Below are positions 8,886-17,413 of a stretch of 27,984 nucleotides of DNA, one piece after another. Below the pieces are notes generated by a model, which saw only the letters and a program-made list of their open reading frames with translations, searched no databases and had not been told where the DNA came from. Origin of the DNA: a virus (lineage: Duplodnaviria > Caudoviricetes); IMG/VR virus record IMGVR_UViG_3300043414_000575, positions 1 to 27,984 of that record, one strand, 5' to 3'. Positions within the stretch are counted from its first letter, which is position 1, and each line of letters starts with the position of its first letter. The position numbers and the translations under genes were made by a program.

Positions 8886-10610
8886 ATGGGACGTAATACA
8901 AATCCACAAATTGAACCAGTTGTACCTGTCAATGGGGCTATATATCGTAATAATTCTTCTAATGGGTTGATTATTGACGCTACTGGTGCGCAATACCTTC
9001 CGTCAAGCGCGACTTGTTTACTTTCAAATACAAACTATGCAAAGTATGTTTCGCTTAATACTCAAACTTCAAGTGTGCAAAACCAGACTATAAGTGGAAA
9101 TGCGCAAAAGAATTTTGGAACTGTTGTTCCCTCTGTAACATCACTCAACCTAAGTGTATATTTACCTTACTTTGGCGGTTTTGTGCCAGCCGCAGGTTAC
9201 CCTTTTACAAGCAGAACTGGTAAGTATAGATACATGGGCATGGGTGCTACAAATGGCACGAATTCTTTAGGTACGCAAAACCCGCCCGGCTACAAACAAG
9301 CAACAGGTAATGCGCAAACCGTTCCTGTTTATAACGCAACAACAGGCGCGTATGTTGGAAGCCCAACTGTATACCCAATAGCATCTTGGTATGATTCATC
9401 AACCAGTCTTTTTAGAGTCATCGCAAGTCCATCCAGTGTAGGTTCAACTTCTCCTGCGCTTTTGTACACATCTTCAACTGGGGCTACTTGGACAGTTACA
9501 ACGCCTAGTATGGTTTCTCAAGTAAGCGCCTTTGATTCCCGCGCATTTGGTGGCCCGTCTTACTACAATGTAGGAGCAAGCGCAGTAAATCAAAAAGCAT
9601 TTTTTGGTATGACAGACACTAATGGTAGTAGCCAATACACGTTTTTTAGAACAACTAATGGTGGCGCAACAATTACTGAAGTTACTACGGCAATAACTGG
9701 ATCCGCCGCTTATTACACCCCTGCTGGCAGTTCTGCATGTAGGTTCAACCAAAACTATGATGGTACAACCGTGTTTGTTCCAGCTAACGCTAGGTGGGCA
9801 TACTCAACAGACGATGGCACTACTTTTTCTGCTACAACATTTACTGGAGTAGTTTCAGTTCAAGATCAAAGTGTAGTGGGTGCGTTTTCTGCGGGAAACA
9901 ACTCCAGTACGTTTATGATGATTTACAACTCACGGGTTTCAAGCAATCGTGTATTTGTCACTACCAATGGTGGTCAGTCGTTTGTCACCTACAGTTGGAC
10001 TCCTGCCGGAACTTTAAACAGCTCGTACTACCAATGCCCCGGAGACTACGACTCCGCAAACACTCGGTGGTGTTTTGTTTATGGCACAACGGCTGGATGG
10101 TATGCCGCTGTTTCTACAAACAACGGCGCTACTTGGACACACAATCAAATTCAATCAGCCGCCTCAGATGATCCCCAAATGAACATTGTCTTTTTAGGTA
10201 ATGTTTGGTATGTCTTTGGGTCAATTGGTATTTGGAAATCTACCGATGCCGCTACTTGGACTAATATTTCAACAGTCAACACTAATGTTCAATATACGCA
10301 ACCTTATCTAGAACTTACTGACTATGTAATGATTGGCACTGTTGTAATTAAAAAATCAGATTTTTCTACTACTGTATTTAACGCAGACGCAATTATTTCA
10401 AATCAAAGTGGGTACTCAAAAGGGCTTTCAATGTATTTAGGTTCAGACGCTATTATGCAAGTCCAAACGCAGTACACGACTTTCCCATTACTTGTAACGT
10501 CAGCTACGGCAAGTACAGCAAACCTTTATAGCCCATACCCATACACAACACAACAAACTGGTAGTAGCGGTACATATCCAAATACCATTGAATATTGGAG
10601 AATCAAATGA
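8886..10610 (+). CDS. Receptor-binding protein with BNR/Asp-box beta-propeller (574 aa)
   Basis: Six Asp-box-like motifs: TSSTGATW, TTNGGATI, STDDGTTF, TTNGGQSF, STNNGATW, STDAATW; rich in aromatic, Ser, Thr and Asn residues. Confidence 0.7.
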   Translation: MGRNTNPQIEPVVPVNGAIYRNNSSNGLIIDATGAQYLPSSATCLLSNTNYAKYVSLNTQTSSVQNQTISGNAQKNFGTVVPSVTSLNLSVYLPYFGGFVPAAGYPFTSRTGKYRYMGMGATNGTNSLGTQNPPGYKQATGNAQTVPVYNATTGAYVGSPTVYPIASWYDSSTSLFRVIASPSSVGSTSPALLYTSSTGATWTVTTPSMVSQVSAFDSRAFGGPSYYNVGASAVNQKAFFGMTDTNGSSQYTFFRTTNGGATITEVTTAITGSAAYYTPAGSSACRFNQNYDGTTVFVPANARWAYSTDDGTTFSATTFTGVVSVQDQSVVGAFSAGNNSSTFMMIYNSRVSSNRVFVTTNGGQSFVTYSWTPAGTLNSSYYQCPGDYDSANTRWCFVYGTTAGWYAAVSTNNGATWTHNQIQSAASDDPQMNIVFLGNVWYVFGSIGIWKSTDAATWTNISTVNTNVQYTQPYLELTDYVMIGTVVIKKSDFSTTVFNADAIISNQSGYSKGLSMYLGSDAIMQVQTQYTTFPLLVTSATASTANLYSPYPYTTQQTGSSGTYPNTIEYWRIK

Positions 10611-10843
10611 CAATTCAAATTGCATCGTCGTCTTTTATTGTTGATAGTAGCAAGTTCCCCCCAGCCGCAACACCAGAAGCGGCTCAGACACTGCTTACAA
10701 AGTTTACTGCTGACATTGCGGCAGATAAGTTTGACCAAGCAGACGAATCGTTTGATGGGTATGAACTTTACGTCAAAGAAGTAATTAGGACAAACAGGAA
10801 TCACCCACCGTTTCCTGTTTATCCAAAATATAAAACGGTTTAA
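10607..10843 (+). CDS. Hypothetical protein (78 aa), possible RBP assembly chaperone
   Basis: ATGA overlap with the RBP stop and GGAG at 10597-10600 favour the ATG at 10607. Confidence 0.6.
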   Translation: MTIQIASSSFIVDSSKFPPAATPEAAQTLLTKFTADIAADKFDQADESFDGYELYVKEVIRTNRNHPPFPVYPKYKTV

Positions 10844-10846
10844 AGC

Positions 10847-11002
10847 ATGAAGTTACATCTAGACATTGAGGTTGTAAACCAAGTTCTTGGTTACCTTGGA
10901 ACACGCCCCTACCAAGAGGTGTATGCATTGATCCAAGCAATTCAAGAAGCGGCTAAACCACCAGAGGTTCCAAAGGTTGAAGATGGAACAAACGGAGACT
11001 AA
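10847..11002 (+). CDS. Small hypothetical protein (51 aa), below the ORF-track cutoff
   Basis: MKLHLDIEVVNQVLGYLGTRPYQEVYALIQAIQEAAKPPEVPKVEDGTNGD; fills the gap between neighbouring genes. Confidence 0.7.
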   Translation: MKLHLDIEVVNQVLGYLGTRPYQEVYALIQAIQEAAKPPEVPKVEDGTNGD

Positions 11003-11177
11003 ACTTGCCGTGCATGAAGCTGTCTGCCTTGAACGATACAACAGCATAGATCGTTCTTTGCGCGAGGGAGACAAGCGCATGACGAAGATCGAGTACCTGC
11101 TGTATGTAGTGATCTTGGCTGTGCTGTTAGGCCCCGGCGTGGCGGCGGAAGTCTTCAAAAAACTATTTGGTATGTGA
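10983..11177 (+). CDS. Coiled-coil plus C-terminal TM protein (XhlA/holin-like, 64 aa)
   Basis: HEAVCLERY coiled coil followed by hydrophobic YLLYVVILAVLLG; first gene of the lysis cluster. Confidence 0.65.
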   Translation: MEQTETKLAVHEAVCLERYNSIDRSLREGDKRMTKIEYLLYVVILAVLLGPGVAAEVFKKLFGM

Positions 11178-11189
11178 GATCGGACATGA

Positions 11190-11477
11190 ATGCGTTGGCT
11201 CATTCTGTTACTGCTGTTAGGGCTAGTTGGAGCCGTAGCCAAGAATGGCTGTCACGTCCGAGAATTTTATGGGATAGGTTATACCGTCCACGATCCAACA
11301 GAACGACACAAACAAATGATGGCGTGGCTGGATCAGAACGCCAACCATTGCAAGTCAACAGAATACGTGGTGATCTGGAACAATCTGGCAGAGTGGTCAG
11401 GTTCCGCAGATTCCACATGGCTTAGAGCTAAAGTTGTTCATGGATACAAGGATGCACTTGAACGGGAGAAAAAATGA
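11190..11477 (+). CDS. Secreted/periplasmic protein (95 aa), candidate antiholin
   Basis: Signal peptide MRWLILLLLLGLVGAVA with AxA site; two Cys; no lipobox. Confidence 0.65.
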   Translation: MRWLILLLLLGLVGAVAKNGCHVREFYGIGYTVHDPTERHKQMMAWLDQNANHCKSTEYVVIWNNLAEWSGSADSTWLRAKVVHGYKDALEREKK

Positions 11478-11563
11478 TTGATGTATTGGAAATACTGCTT
11501 TGGTTGGCAGTTCCTATAAATTACATCTATTGGATTTTTATCCACAATGATCGACACTATTAA
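11474..11563 (+). CDS. 29-aa hydrophobic membrane peptide, not in the ORF track
   Basis: MIDVLEILLWLAVPINYIYWIFIHNDRHY; ATGA overlap with the upstream stop; GGGAG at 11464-11468. Confidence 0.55.
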   Translation: MIDVLEILLWLAVPINYIYWIFIHNDRHY

Positions 11564-11783
11564 GTTATTTCCGACCGTTCAGCCGTCTGGGTATCCAGAC
11601 AAGCATGACCTTGCCCAAAAAAAATTAGAAAAACAGCATGAAATGAACAAGGCAAATGAATTAGCCAAACAACAGCAAACTCAGTTGCAAGACATAGGAT
11701 TTGAGATTTACTGTAAAAAGTCAGTGCAAGACCGACTTCGCATGGAAATATTCACAAACCGTAAATTGGACATATACGCATAA
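11547..11783 (+). CDS. Hypothetical soluble helical protein (78 aa)
   Basis: TAATG coupling to the next gene; Gln/Lys/Glu-rich helix; ends KLDIYA. Confidence 0.65.
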   Translation: MIDTIKLFPTVQPSGYPDKHDLAQKKLEKQHEMNKANELAKQQQTQLQDIGFEIYCKKSVQDRLRMEIFTNRKLDIYA

Positions 11784-12505
11784 TGGTTACAAAGAAACCT
11801 CCAGCCAAGGTAGCGCCTGTCAAAAGGCGTACACCTAAACCCAAAACGGAACAGATAATCAATGTATCTATTTCTGAGCCAGCCCCTGCCAAGCCTGAGT
11901 CCAAAAAAGACGACAGCACTGTTGGTAAAGTGATCGGTTTGATTGAGTGGGTGGACAATCCTTTTAAGCTGTTTACGGTCATCCTGCTGTCGTTCTTGTT
12001 CTTTGCTGGGTACTTTGCGTGGGATTCCCGCACCGTTATCTTGAATGCCATCACAAGTTCAAGCCACCAACCCCAGCTTAAAGAGATCAAGGTGTTGGAG
12101 CACATAGCTGAAAGACTAAAAAAGGACTTGGAAGCTGAGACTGTTTTGGTTCACAAGGTAGCGCTTGTTGTGAACAGTAGGGTTACGTTGCTTGCGTATG
12201 GATCAAAAGGTCGGGAAACCATACTTGATGGGTACAACTCCACCTTGTTTGGCAAAGATGCCGCACGTAACTCGGCAGTCATTGCGATGATGAACGGAGA
12301 AGTTTATTGCGACAAGCTGGTAGCCACTGGTAAAACCTCAGAATGGGAAGAAAAACAAGGCGTAGGCTTTATTTGTCGTGGTTCTATTCCTCCTGAGATG
12401 GGTGCATTTGAAGGCTATATTTCTGTTGGGTTTACCAAAGAACCGCAAGACCTTGGTGCTGTTAAAACTCGTATCAATCTAGCCGCCACTGAGATGGCTA
12501 AATAA
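11783..12505 (+). CDS. Single-pass membrane protein with GAF-like C-terminal domain; T4 T-like holin candidate (240 aa)
   Basis: Basic N-terminus, one TM (LFTVILLSFLFFAGYFAW), ~160-aa alpha/beta domain ending strand-strand-helix (FICRGSI..EGYISVGF..RINLAATEMAK); located in the lysis cassette. Confidence 0.55.
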   Translation: MVTKKPPAKVAPVKRRTPKPKTEQIINVSISEPAPAKPESKKDDSTVGKVIGLIEWVDNPFKLFTVILLSFLFFAGYFAWDSRTVILNAITSSSHQPQLKEIKVLEHIAERLKKDLEAETVLVHKVALVVNSRVTLLAYGSKGRETILDGYNSTLFGKDAARNSAVIAMMNGEVYCDKLVATGKTSEWEEKQGVGFICRGSIPPEMGAFEGYISVGFTKEPQDLGAVKTRINLAATEMAK

Positions 12506-12514
12506 GGAGTAACT

Positions 12515-13009
12515 ATGTTTGAAATGTTATCTGGGGGTTTGCTAGGTTCCATCTTTGGCGGAATTTTTAGGATGGCGCCGGAGGTGCTCAAGTGGCTCGA
12601 TAAGAAGAACGAGCGCCAACACGAACTGAATATGTTCAAGTTTCAGTGCGACCTTGAAGCACAACGTGGTCAGCAGAAACTGGCTGAGATTGGTGCTCAA
12701 AGAGAAGCCGCTATTGATGTAGGTGTTATGGATGCCTTCAACAATGCAATTACACAGCAGGCAGAGATGGTTAAAGCGGCTGGTGGATGGGTAGCCTCAC
12801 TTTCTGCTTCTGTGCGTCCTGTGGTGACATACTGGGTTTTGTTTGTTTGGTCATTTATTCACGTTTGGTTTGCATGGAACGCATGGTTGGCTGGCGCTCC
12901 TGCCGTTGAAGTGTTCAAAACCATGATGACACCAGACTTTTCAGCCCTTCTTTCTGGAACAATTAACTATTGGTTCCTTGATAGAACTCTTGCCAAGCGT
13001 GGCATATGA
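12515..13009 (+). CDS. Holin of the 3TM (GTA_holin_3TM-like) family
   Basis: AAGGAG SD; SVRPVVTY and YWFLDR motifs with TM segments; overlaps the endolysin start. Confidence 0.7.
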   Translation: MFEMLSGGLLGSIFGGIFRMAPEVLKWLDKKNERQHELNMFKFQCDLEAQRGQQKLAEIGAQREAAIDVGVMDAFNNAITQQAEMVKAAGGWVASLSASVRPVVTYWVLFVWSFIHVWFAWNAWLAGAPAVEVFKTMMTPDFSALLSGTINYWFLDRTLAKRGI

Positions 13010-13446
13010 ACTTAGAACTAGCCGCCGCTTTATGCCGTCAATTTGAGGGCTATAAATCACGTCCGTACCTATGTCCAGCTAATGTTGCCACGATTGGGTA
13101 CGGGTCTACCTACTACCATGATGGGCGTAAGGTAACACTTGAGGACGCTCCGATGGACGAGCCGACGGCTAGGGCGCTTTTGATGATTGAGTTGGAGCAC
13201 ACCTATTTGCCCGGCGTCCTTCGCCATTGCCCCATCCTTGCGACTGATGAGCGCAAGTGCAACGGAGCCGTGGATTTTGTTTACAACCTCGGCATTGGGC
13301 GTTTACAGACATCTACTTTGAAGCGAAAAATCAATGCCCAAGACTGGGAAGGGGCAAAGGAGCAGTTGATGCTTTGGAACAAGGGTGGTGGTAAGGTTTT
13401 GGCTGGTTTGACCAAACGCAGAATGGCTGAGTGCGCCTTGTTTTAA
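13006..13446 (+). CDS. Endolysin, GH24 lysozyme (146 aa)
   Basis: FEGYKSRPYLCPANVATIGYG (E-X8-C-X5-T), DFVYNLG, GLTKRRMAE; no SAR segment. Confidence 0.92.
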   Translation: MNLELAAALCRQFEGYKSRPYLCPANVATIGYGSTYYHDGRKVTLEDAPMDEPTARALLMIELEHTYLPGVLRHCPILATDERKCNGAVDFVYNLGIGRLQTSTLKRKINAQDWEGAKEQLMLWNKGGGKVLAGLTKRRMAECALF

Positions 13447-13466
13447 TTCAAAAGGCAGACTAAAAT
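13438..13466 (+). promoter_or_regulatory. Possible sigma70-type promoter for the downstream tail/ejection block
   Basis: TTGTTT (13438-13443), 17-bp spacer, TAAAAT (13461-13466); GAGGT SD follows before ATG 13494. Confidence 0.35.
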
Positions 13467-13493
13467 GTTTCAACGAATCTACGAGGTAATTGC

Positions 13494-14132
13494 ATGACTA
13501 CAGCCGTTGTAATGACTTATGACTCCTTAGTCAGCAACATCCAGACTTACATCGAGCGTAATGATGCTACTACAGTTGCCTACATCCCAACTTTTATTAT
13601 GTTGGCAGAGCAGGTTATTGCGGCTGAAATCAAGTTCCTTGGAAACCTGACTGTAGCTAATAGCACAATGGTAACGGGTAATGCGGTGATCGATAAACCT
13701 GCTCGTTGGCACAAAACGGTGTCTATGAATGTAACAGATACCACTGGAAACAAACAACCAATTTTGCTTCGTACTTACGAGTATTGCCGCGAGTATTGGC
13801 CTAAGCCCACGGAAACGTCGTTACCTATCTACTTTTCAGATTACGACTACACGCACTGGTTGGTAGCCCCCACACCCGCTACAACTTACGCTTATGAGGT
13901 TTTGTACTACGAACGAGTGCAACCCTTGGATAGCACAAACCAAACCAATTGGTTCACGATTTATGCCCCCCAAGCCTTGCTTTATGGTTCTCTCTTGCAA
14001 GCAATGCCATACCTCAAGAATGATGAGCGTATGGGAATGTGGCAGGCTCAATACTCTGCAATCATCAATACTTTAAAAACTGAAAACACTCAGCGTATTG
14101 GTGACCGCCAAGCAACGGTACTTGACACATGA
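13494..14132 (+). CDS. Second adaptor/connector-like tail protein (212 aa)
   Basis: MTYDSL..IPTFIMLAE..APTP..TNW....PQALLYGSL..AMPYLK pattern of podoviral adaptor proteins. Confidence 0.7.
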   Translation: MTTAVVMTYDSLVSNIQTYIERNDATTVAYIPTFIMLAEQVIAAEIKFLGNLTVANSTMVTGNAVIDKPARWHKTVSMNVTDTTGNKQPILLRTYEYCREYWPKPTETSLPIYFSDYDYTHWLVAPTPATTYAYEVLYYERVQPLDSTNQTNWFTIYAPQALLYGSLLQAMPYLKNDERMGMWQAQYSAIINTLKTENTQRIGDRQATVLDT

Positions 14133-15412
14133 GTTTTACCTCCCCCTTCACTGGTGATGTCATCCAACCGACGGATGTCAGCTATGCCTCATACAACCTG
14201 ACGGCTAACCTTCAGTTGCAATGGCCCTCCAACACCAATGGGTTGCAGTACCCTGCGGCTCGGATCATGGACGTCTATCAGAATGCATCATGGACAATTA
14301 AGATGCCAGATGCCACTCAGGTATCGGTAGGTCAAGATGCACTGATCCGCAACATTAGCGGAGCCTCGGTAAGCATATTGAACTTTGCAGGTAGCGCAAT
14401 TTGCACCATAACTGCTGGTCAATCACAGTATATCTACTTAACGTCCAACTCTACTGCTGGTGGAAATTGGGGTGTCATTGCTTTTGGCTCAACCACTTCA
14501 TCTGCAAATGCGACTGACCTTGCTGGTCTTGGATTGGTGGCAATTACCACTACGCTTAACCAAAGCCACCCAGTTGCATCAATTGCCAACGGGTATACCT
14601 TCGTAGCCGCAGATCGTGCTCAAACAAAACTTTGGTCTTCTGGCGCTGGTACGTTTACATTGCCATTGGCATCTACGCTTGGAAACAATTGGTTCACCAT
14701 CTTTAAAAATAATGGAACTGGATCAATCAATATTGCCACAACAAGCAGTCAATTGATTGATGGAAATCTGACAAAGACATTCCTTCCAAGCGAGTCTGCA
14801 TTCATTATTTGTGATGGCACTTCTTACTACACAATTGGATACGGTCAAAGCAACACGTTCTTTTTTACTGCATTGGTTTACCCAGTTACGGGTGGTTCGT
14901 ACTTACTTACCAGTGCAGACATTAAAAGTACGATTCAAGAGTATGTTGGCATATTGGCATCCAATGTGACGATAACATACCCGCAGGTTGTAAACTTGTA
15001 TGTGGTGTCAAACCAAACGACAGACAATGGGTACACGCTTACGCTGACTACTGGTGTTGGTGGAAGCGCGAGTGCAATTATTCCGCCCGGTCAACAAGCC
15101 ACTCTTATCTGCGATGGAACCAACTTCTTTAACGCTAACACCGTTCAGGCTGGCGCTACAACATTGAGTTTGATCAATGGAACAGTTACAACACCAGCCA
15201 TCAATTTTGCGGCAGAAACAAACACTGGTTTGTGGCGCTCTGGATATGGGAAGTTTGATATTTCCATTTTGGGTGTTAATCGTTTTGAGTTAGATGCAAC
15301 GGGACTTAGCGTAGTTGGAAAAGTTGCCGCAACAGGAAACGTAACTGGTGTAAACATAAGCGGAACTGGTACTGGTAACTTTGTCGGTGGTGTTTTAGGA
15401 GGAACCTTCTAA
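14129..15412 (+). CDS. Tail spike/fibre-base protein (427 aa)
   Basis: Repeated beta domains (TFTLP, IICDGTSYY, LICDGTNFF); PAINFAAETNTGLWR fibre motif; ends GGTF. Confidence 0.65.
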   Translation: MSFTSPFTGDVIQPTDVSYASYNLTANLQLQWPSNTNGLQYPAARIMDVYQNASWTIKMPDATQVSVGQDALIRNISGASVSILNFAGSAICTITAGQSQYIYLTSNSTAGGNWGVIAFGSTTSSANATDLAGLGLVAITTTLNQSHPVASIANGYTFVAADRAQTKLWSSGAGTFTLPLASTLGNNWFTIFKNNGTGSINIATTSSQLIDGNLTKTFLPSESAFIICDGTSYYTIGYGQSNTFFFTALVYPVTGGSYLLTSADIKSTIQEYVGILASNVTITYPQVVNLYVVSNQTTDNGYTLTLTTGVGGSASAIIPPGQQATLICDGTNFFNANTVQAGATTLSLINGTVTTPAINFAAETNTGLWRSGYGKFDISILGVNRFELDATGLSVVGKVAATGNVTGVNISGTGTGNFVGGVLGGTF

Positions 15413-17412
15413 TGACAACCAAAGTTTTTGCCATTGATACAGAAGCAGGTATACAGCGCGACGGTACTGTTTTTGATCGCAACTATTATCAAGATGGTCG
15501 TTGGGTAAGGTTTCAACGTGGTCGCCCACGCAAGATTCTTGGGTATAGACAAATTATTGCAAACTTGGCTGGCCCTTCTCGCGGAATTTACGTCAACCCA
15601 CAGAATGCGTTTTCTTACGTTTATAGCGGGTACTCTGACGGATTGCAGGTTCTTCCAATTGACAACAATGGTGTTGGATCGGCATTGCAGAATTTCACAC
15701 TAACTGGCTTTACAGCAAACGCAAATAACTTGTGGCAGTTTGACTCTTTGTTTGATTCACAAGGAAGCGGAAACGAGTTGTTGTTGGCACACGCTGGTCG
15801 CAACCTTGCGGACATCAACAACAGCGTTAACACCCCAGTTTTGAGTGGTTCAATAACAAGCACCACCATGTCCCCAATTGGGATTTTTACAGCCACTGCA
15901 ACAACTGTAAACACCAATGCAACAATTACCTTGTCTGCGGCAAACCCATTAGTGGGTGCTGGTCAAACCATTACTGGAACTGGTATTCCAGCCAGCACAA
16001 CGGTTGTATCGGTTGTTGGTACAAGTGTCGTTATGTCTAACCCAGCCACGGCAAGCGGTACGGTAACCCTTACCTTTGACAATAATGTTTCCGTATCTGG
16101 CGGTGTTGTGGTTTTGCACCCATATGTTTTTGTATATGGGAACAACGGACTGATTAAAAACAGTTCCGCAGGTAATCCATCTGATTGGGTGTCTGCTGAT
16201 GCTAACGAGACTAACGTAGCCTCTACTAAGGTAGTGCAGGGCTTGCCTGTTCGAGGCGGTTCTAACGCTCCGTCAGGATTGTTTTGGACTTTGGATTCTT
16301 TGGTGCGCGTTTCTTACACACCAACGACTGTATCTACTGGCGGTGTATCTTCTACGTTCTACTGGCGCTATGACATCATTTCCAGCCAATCATCTATTCT
16401 GTCTTCTCAGTGTGTGATTGAGTATGACGGTATCTACTATTGGTGTGGTGTTGATCGTTTCCTGCTCTACAACGGTACAGTCAAAGAAATTCCAAACACG
16501 TTCAATCAAAACTACTTTTTTGATAACTTGAACTATGCACAGCGTTCTAAGGTTTATGTGACCAAGGTTCCTCGTTATGGTGAGATTTGGTGGTTCTACC
16601 CCTCTGGTACATCTACCGAGTGTAATGATTGCGTCATCTATAACATCCGCGAAAACTGTTGGTACGATGCTGGAACTGCCCTTGGTGCTCGTCGCTCTGC
16701 TGGTTACTTTTCTCAAGTATTTCATTACCCAATCAATGCAGGGTGGGAGCCAAACTCAACTGGTGCAATCAATGTAGTTACGATTTCTTCTGGTGGGTCT
16801 GGATACACCAACGGAACATACACAAGCCAAGCCCTAACTGGTGGTGCTGGAACTGGTGCTTTGGCAACCATTGTGGTTGCTGGTGGAGTAGTCACCACAG
16901 TAACAATCACAACTCGTGGTGTTAATTATGTAGTTGGAAATTCATTGTCTGCGGCATTACCTGCTGGTGCTGGATTTGTTTTGGCAGTAACGTCAGTGAT
17001 GACTTTGGTGTCTTTATGGCAACACGAGACAGGTGTTGATGCTGTCAAAGGTGCAAACGTAGAAGCCATCGAAAGTTATTTTGAGACTAGCGACTTAGGT
17101 ATTGTGGCGGGAGGCCCGTCCCAGCCCTCAATGGTCGGTGAAAACAAATGGCTTCGCGTTGATCGTATTGAACCCGACTTTGTGCAAAACGGACAAATGT
17201 CTGTACAAGTCACTGGCAGACCGTTTGCTCAAGCAAATGATGTGACTTCTGATCCATATTACTTTGACCCAAGCACTGGCAAAGTAGATATGAGGGAACA
17301 GCGCAGGGAAATTCGTTTGATTTTTACTAGCAACGTACAGGGTGGTGACTATCAATTGGGTCGCCTTTTGCTTAACGCTGAGTTGGGTGATACACGCCCA
17401 TACGGAAGTTAA
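15412..17412 (+). CDS. Tail nozzle/hub (P22 gp10-like beta-propeller) with two inserted beta domains
   Basis: VRFQRGRPRKI, YYWCGVDRFLLYNGTVKEIP and GEIWWFYPS..CN..VIYN..E..WY motifs; 666 aa; precedes the ejection genes. Confidence 0.7.
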   Translation: MTTKVFAIDTEAGIQRDGTVFDRNYYQDGRWVRFQRGRPRKILGYRQIIANLAGPSRGIYVNPQNAFSYVYSGYSDGLQVLPIDNNGVGSALQNFTLTGFTANANNLWQFDSLFDSQGSGNELLLAHAGRNLADINNSVNTPVLSGSITSTTMSPIGIFTATATTVNTNATITLSAANPLVGAGQTITGTGIPASTTVVSVVGTSVVMSNPATASGTVTLTFDNNVSVSGGVVVLHPYVFVYGNNGLIKNSSAGNPSDWVSADANETNVASTKVVQGLPVRGGSNAPSGLFWTLDSLVRVSYTPTTVSTGGVSSTFYWRYDIISSQSSILSSQCVIEYDGIYYWCGVDRFLLYNGTVKEIPNTFNQNYFFDNLNYAQRSKVYVTKVPRYGEIWWFYPSGTSTECNDCVIYNIRENCWYDAGTALGARRSAGYFSQVFHYPINAGWEPNSTGAINVVTISSGGSGYTNGTYTSQALTGGAGTGALATIVVAGGVVTTVTITTRGVNYVVGNSLSAALPAGAGFVLAVTSVMTLVSLWQHETGVDAVKGANVEAIESYFETSDLGIVAGGPSQPSMVGENKWLRVDRIEPDFVQNGQMSVQVTGRPFAQANDVTSDPYYFDPSTGKVDMREQRREIRLIFTSNVQGGDYQLGRLLLNAELGDTRPYGS

Positions 17413-17413
17413 T

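Noticed and set aside
11617-11624. A8 run (CAA AAA AAA) as a second frameshift site
   Set aside because: No upstream SD or downstream stem seen; the -1 frame stops after four codons with no motif.
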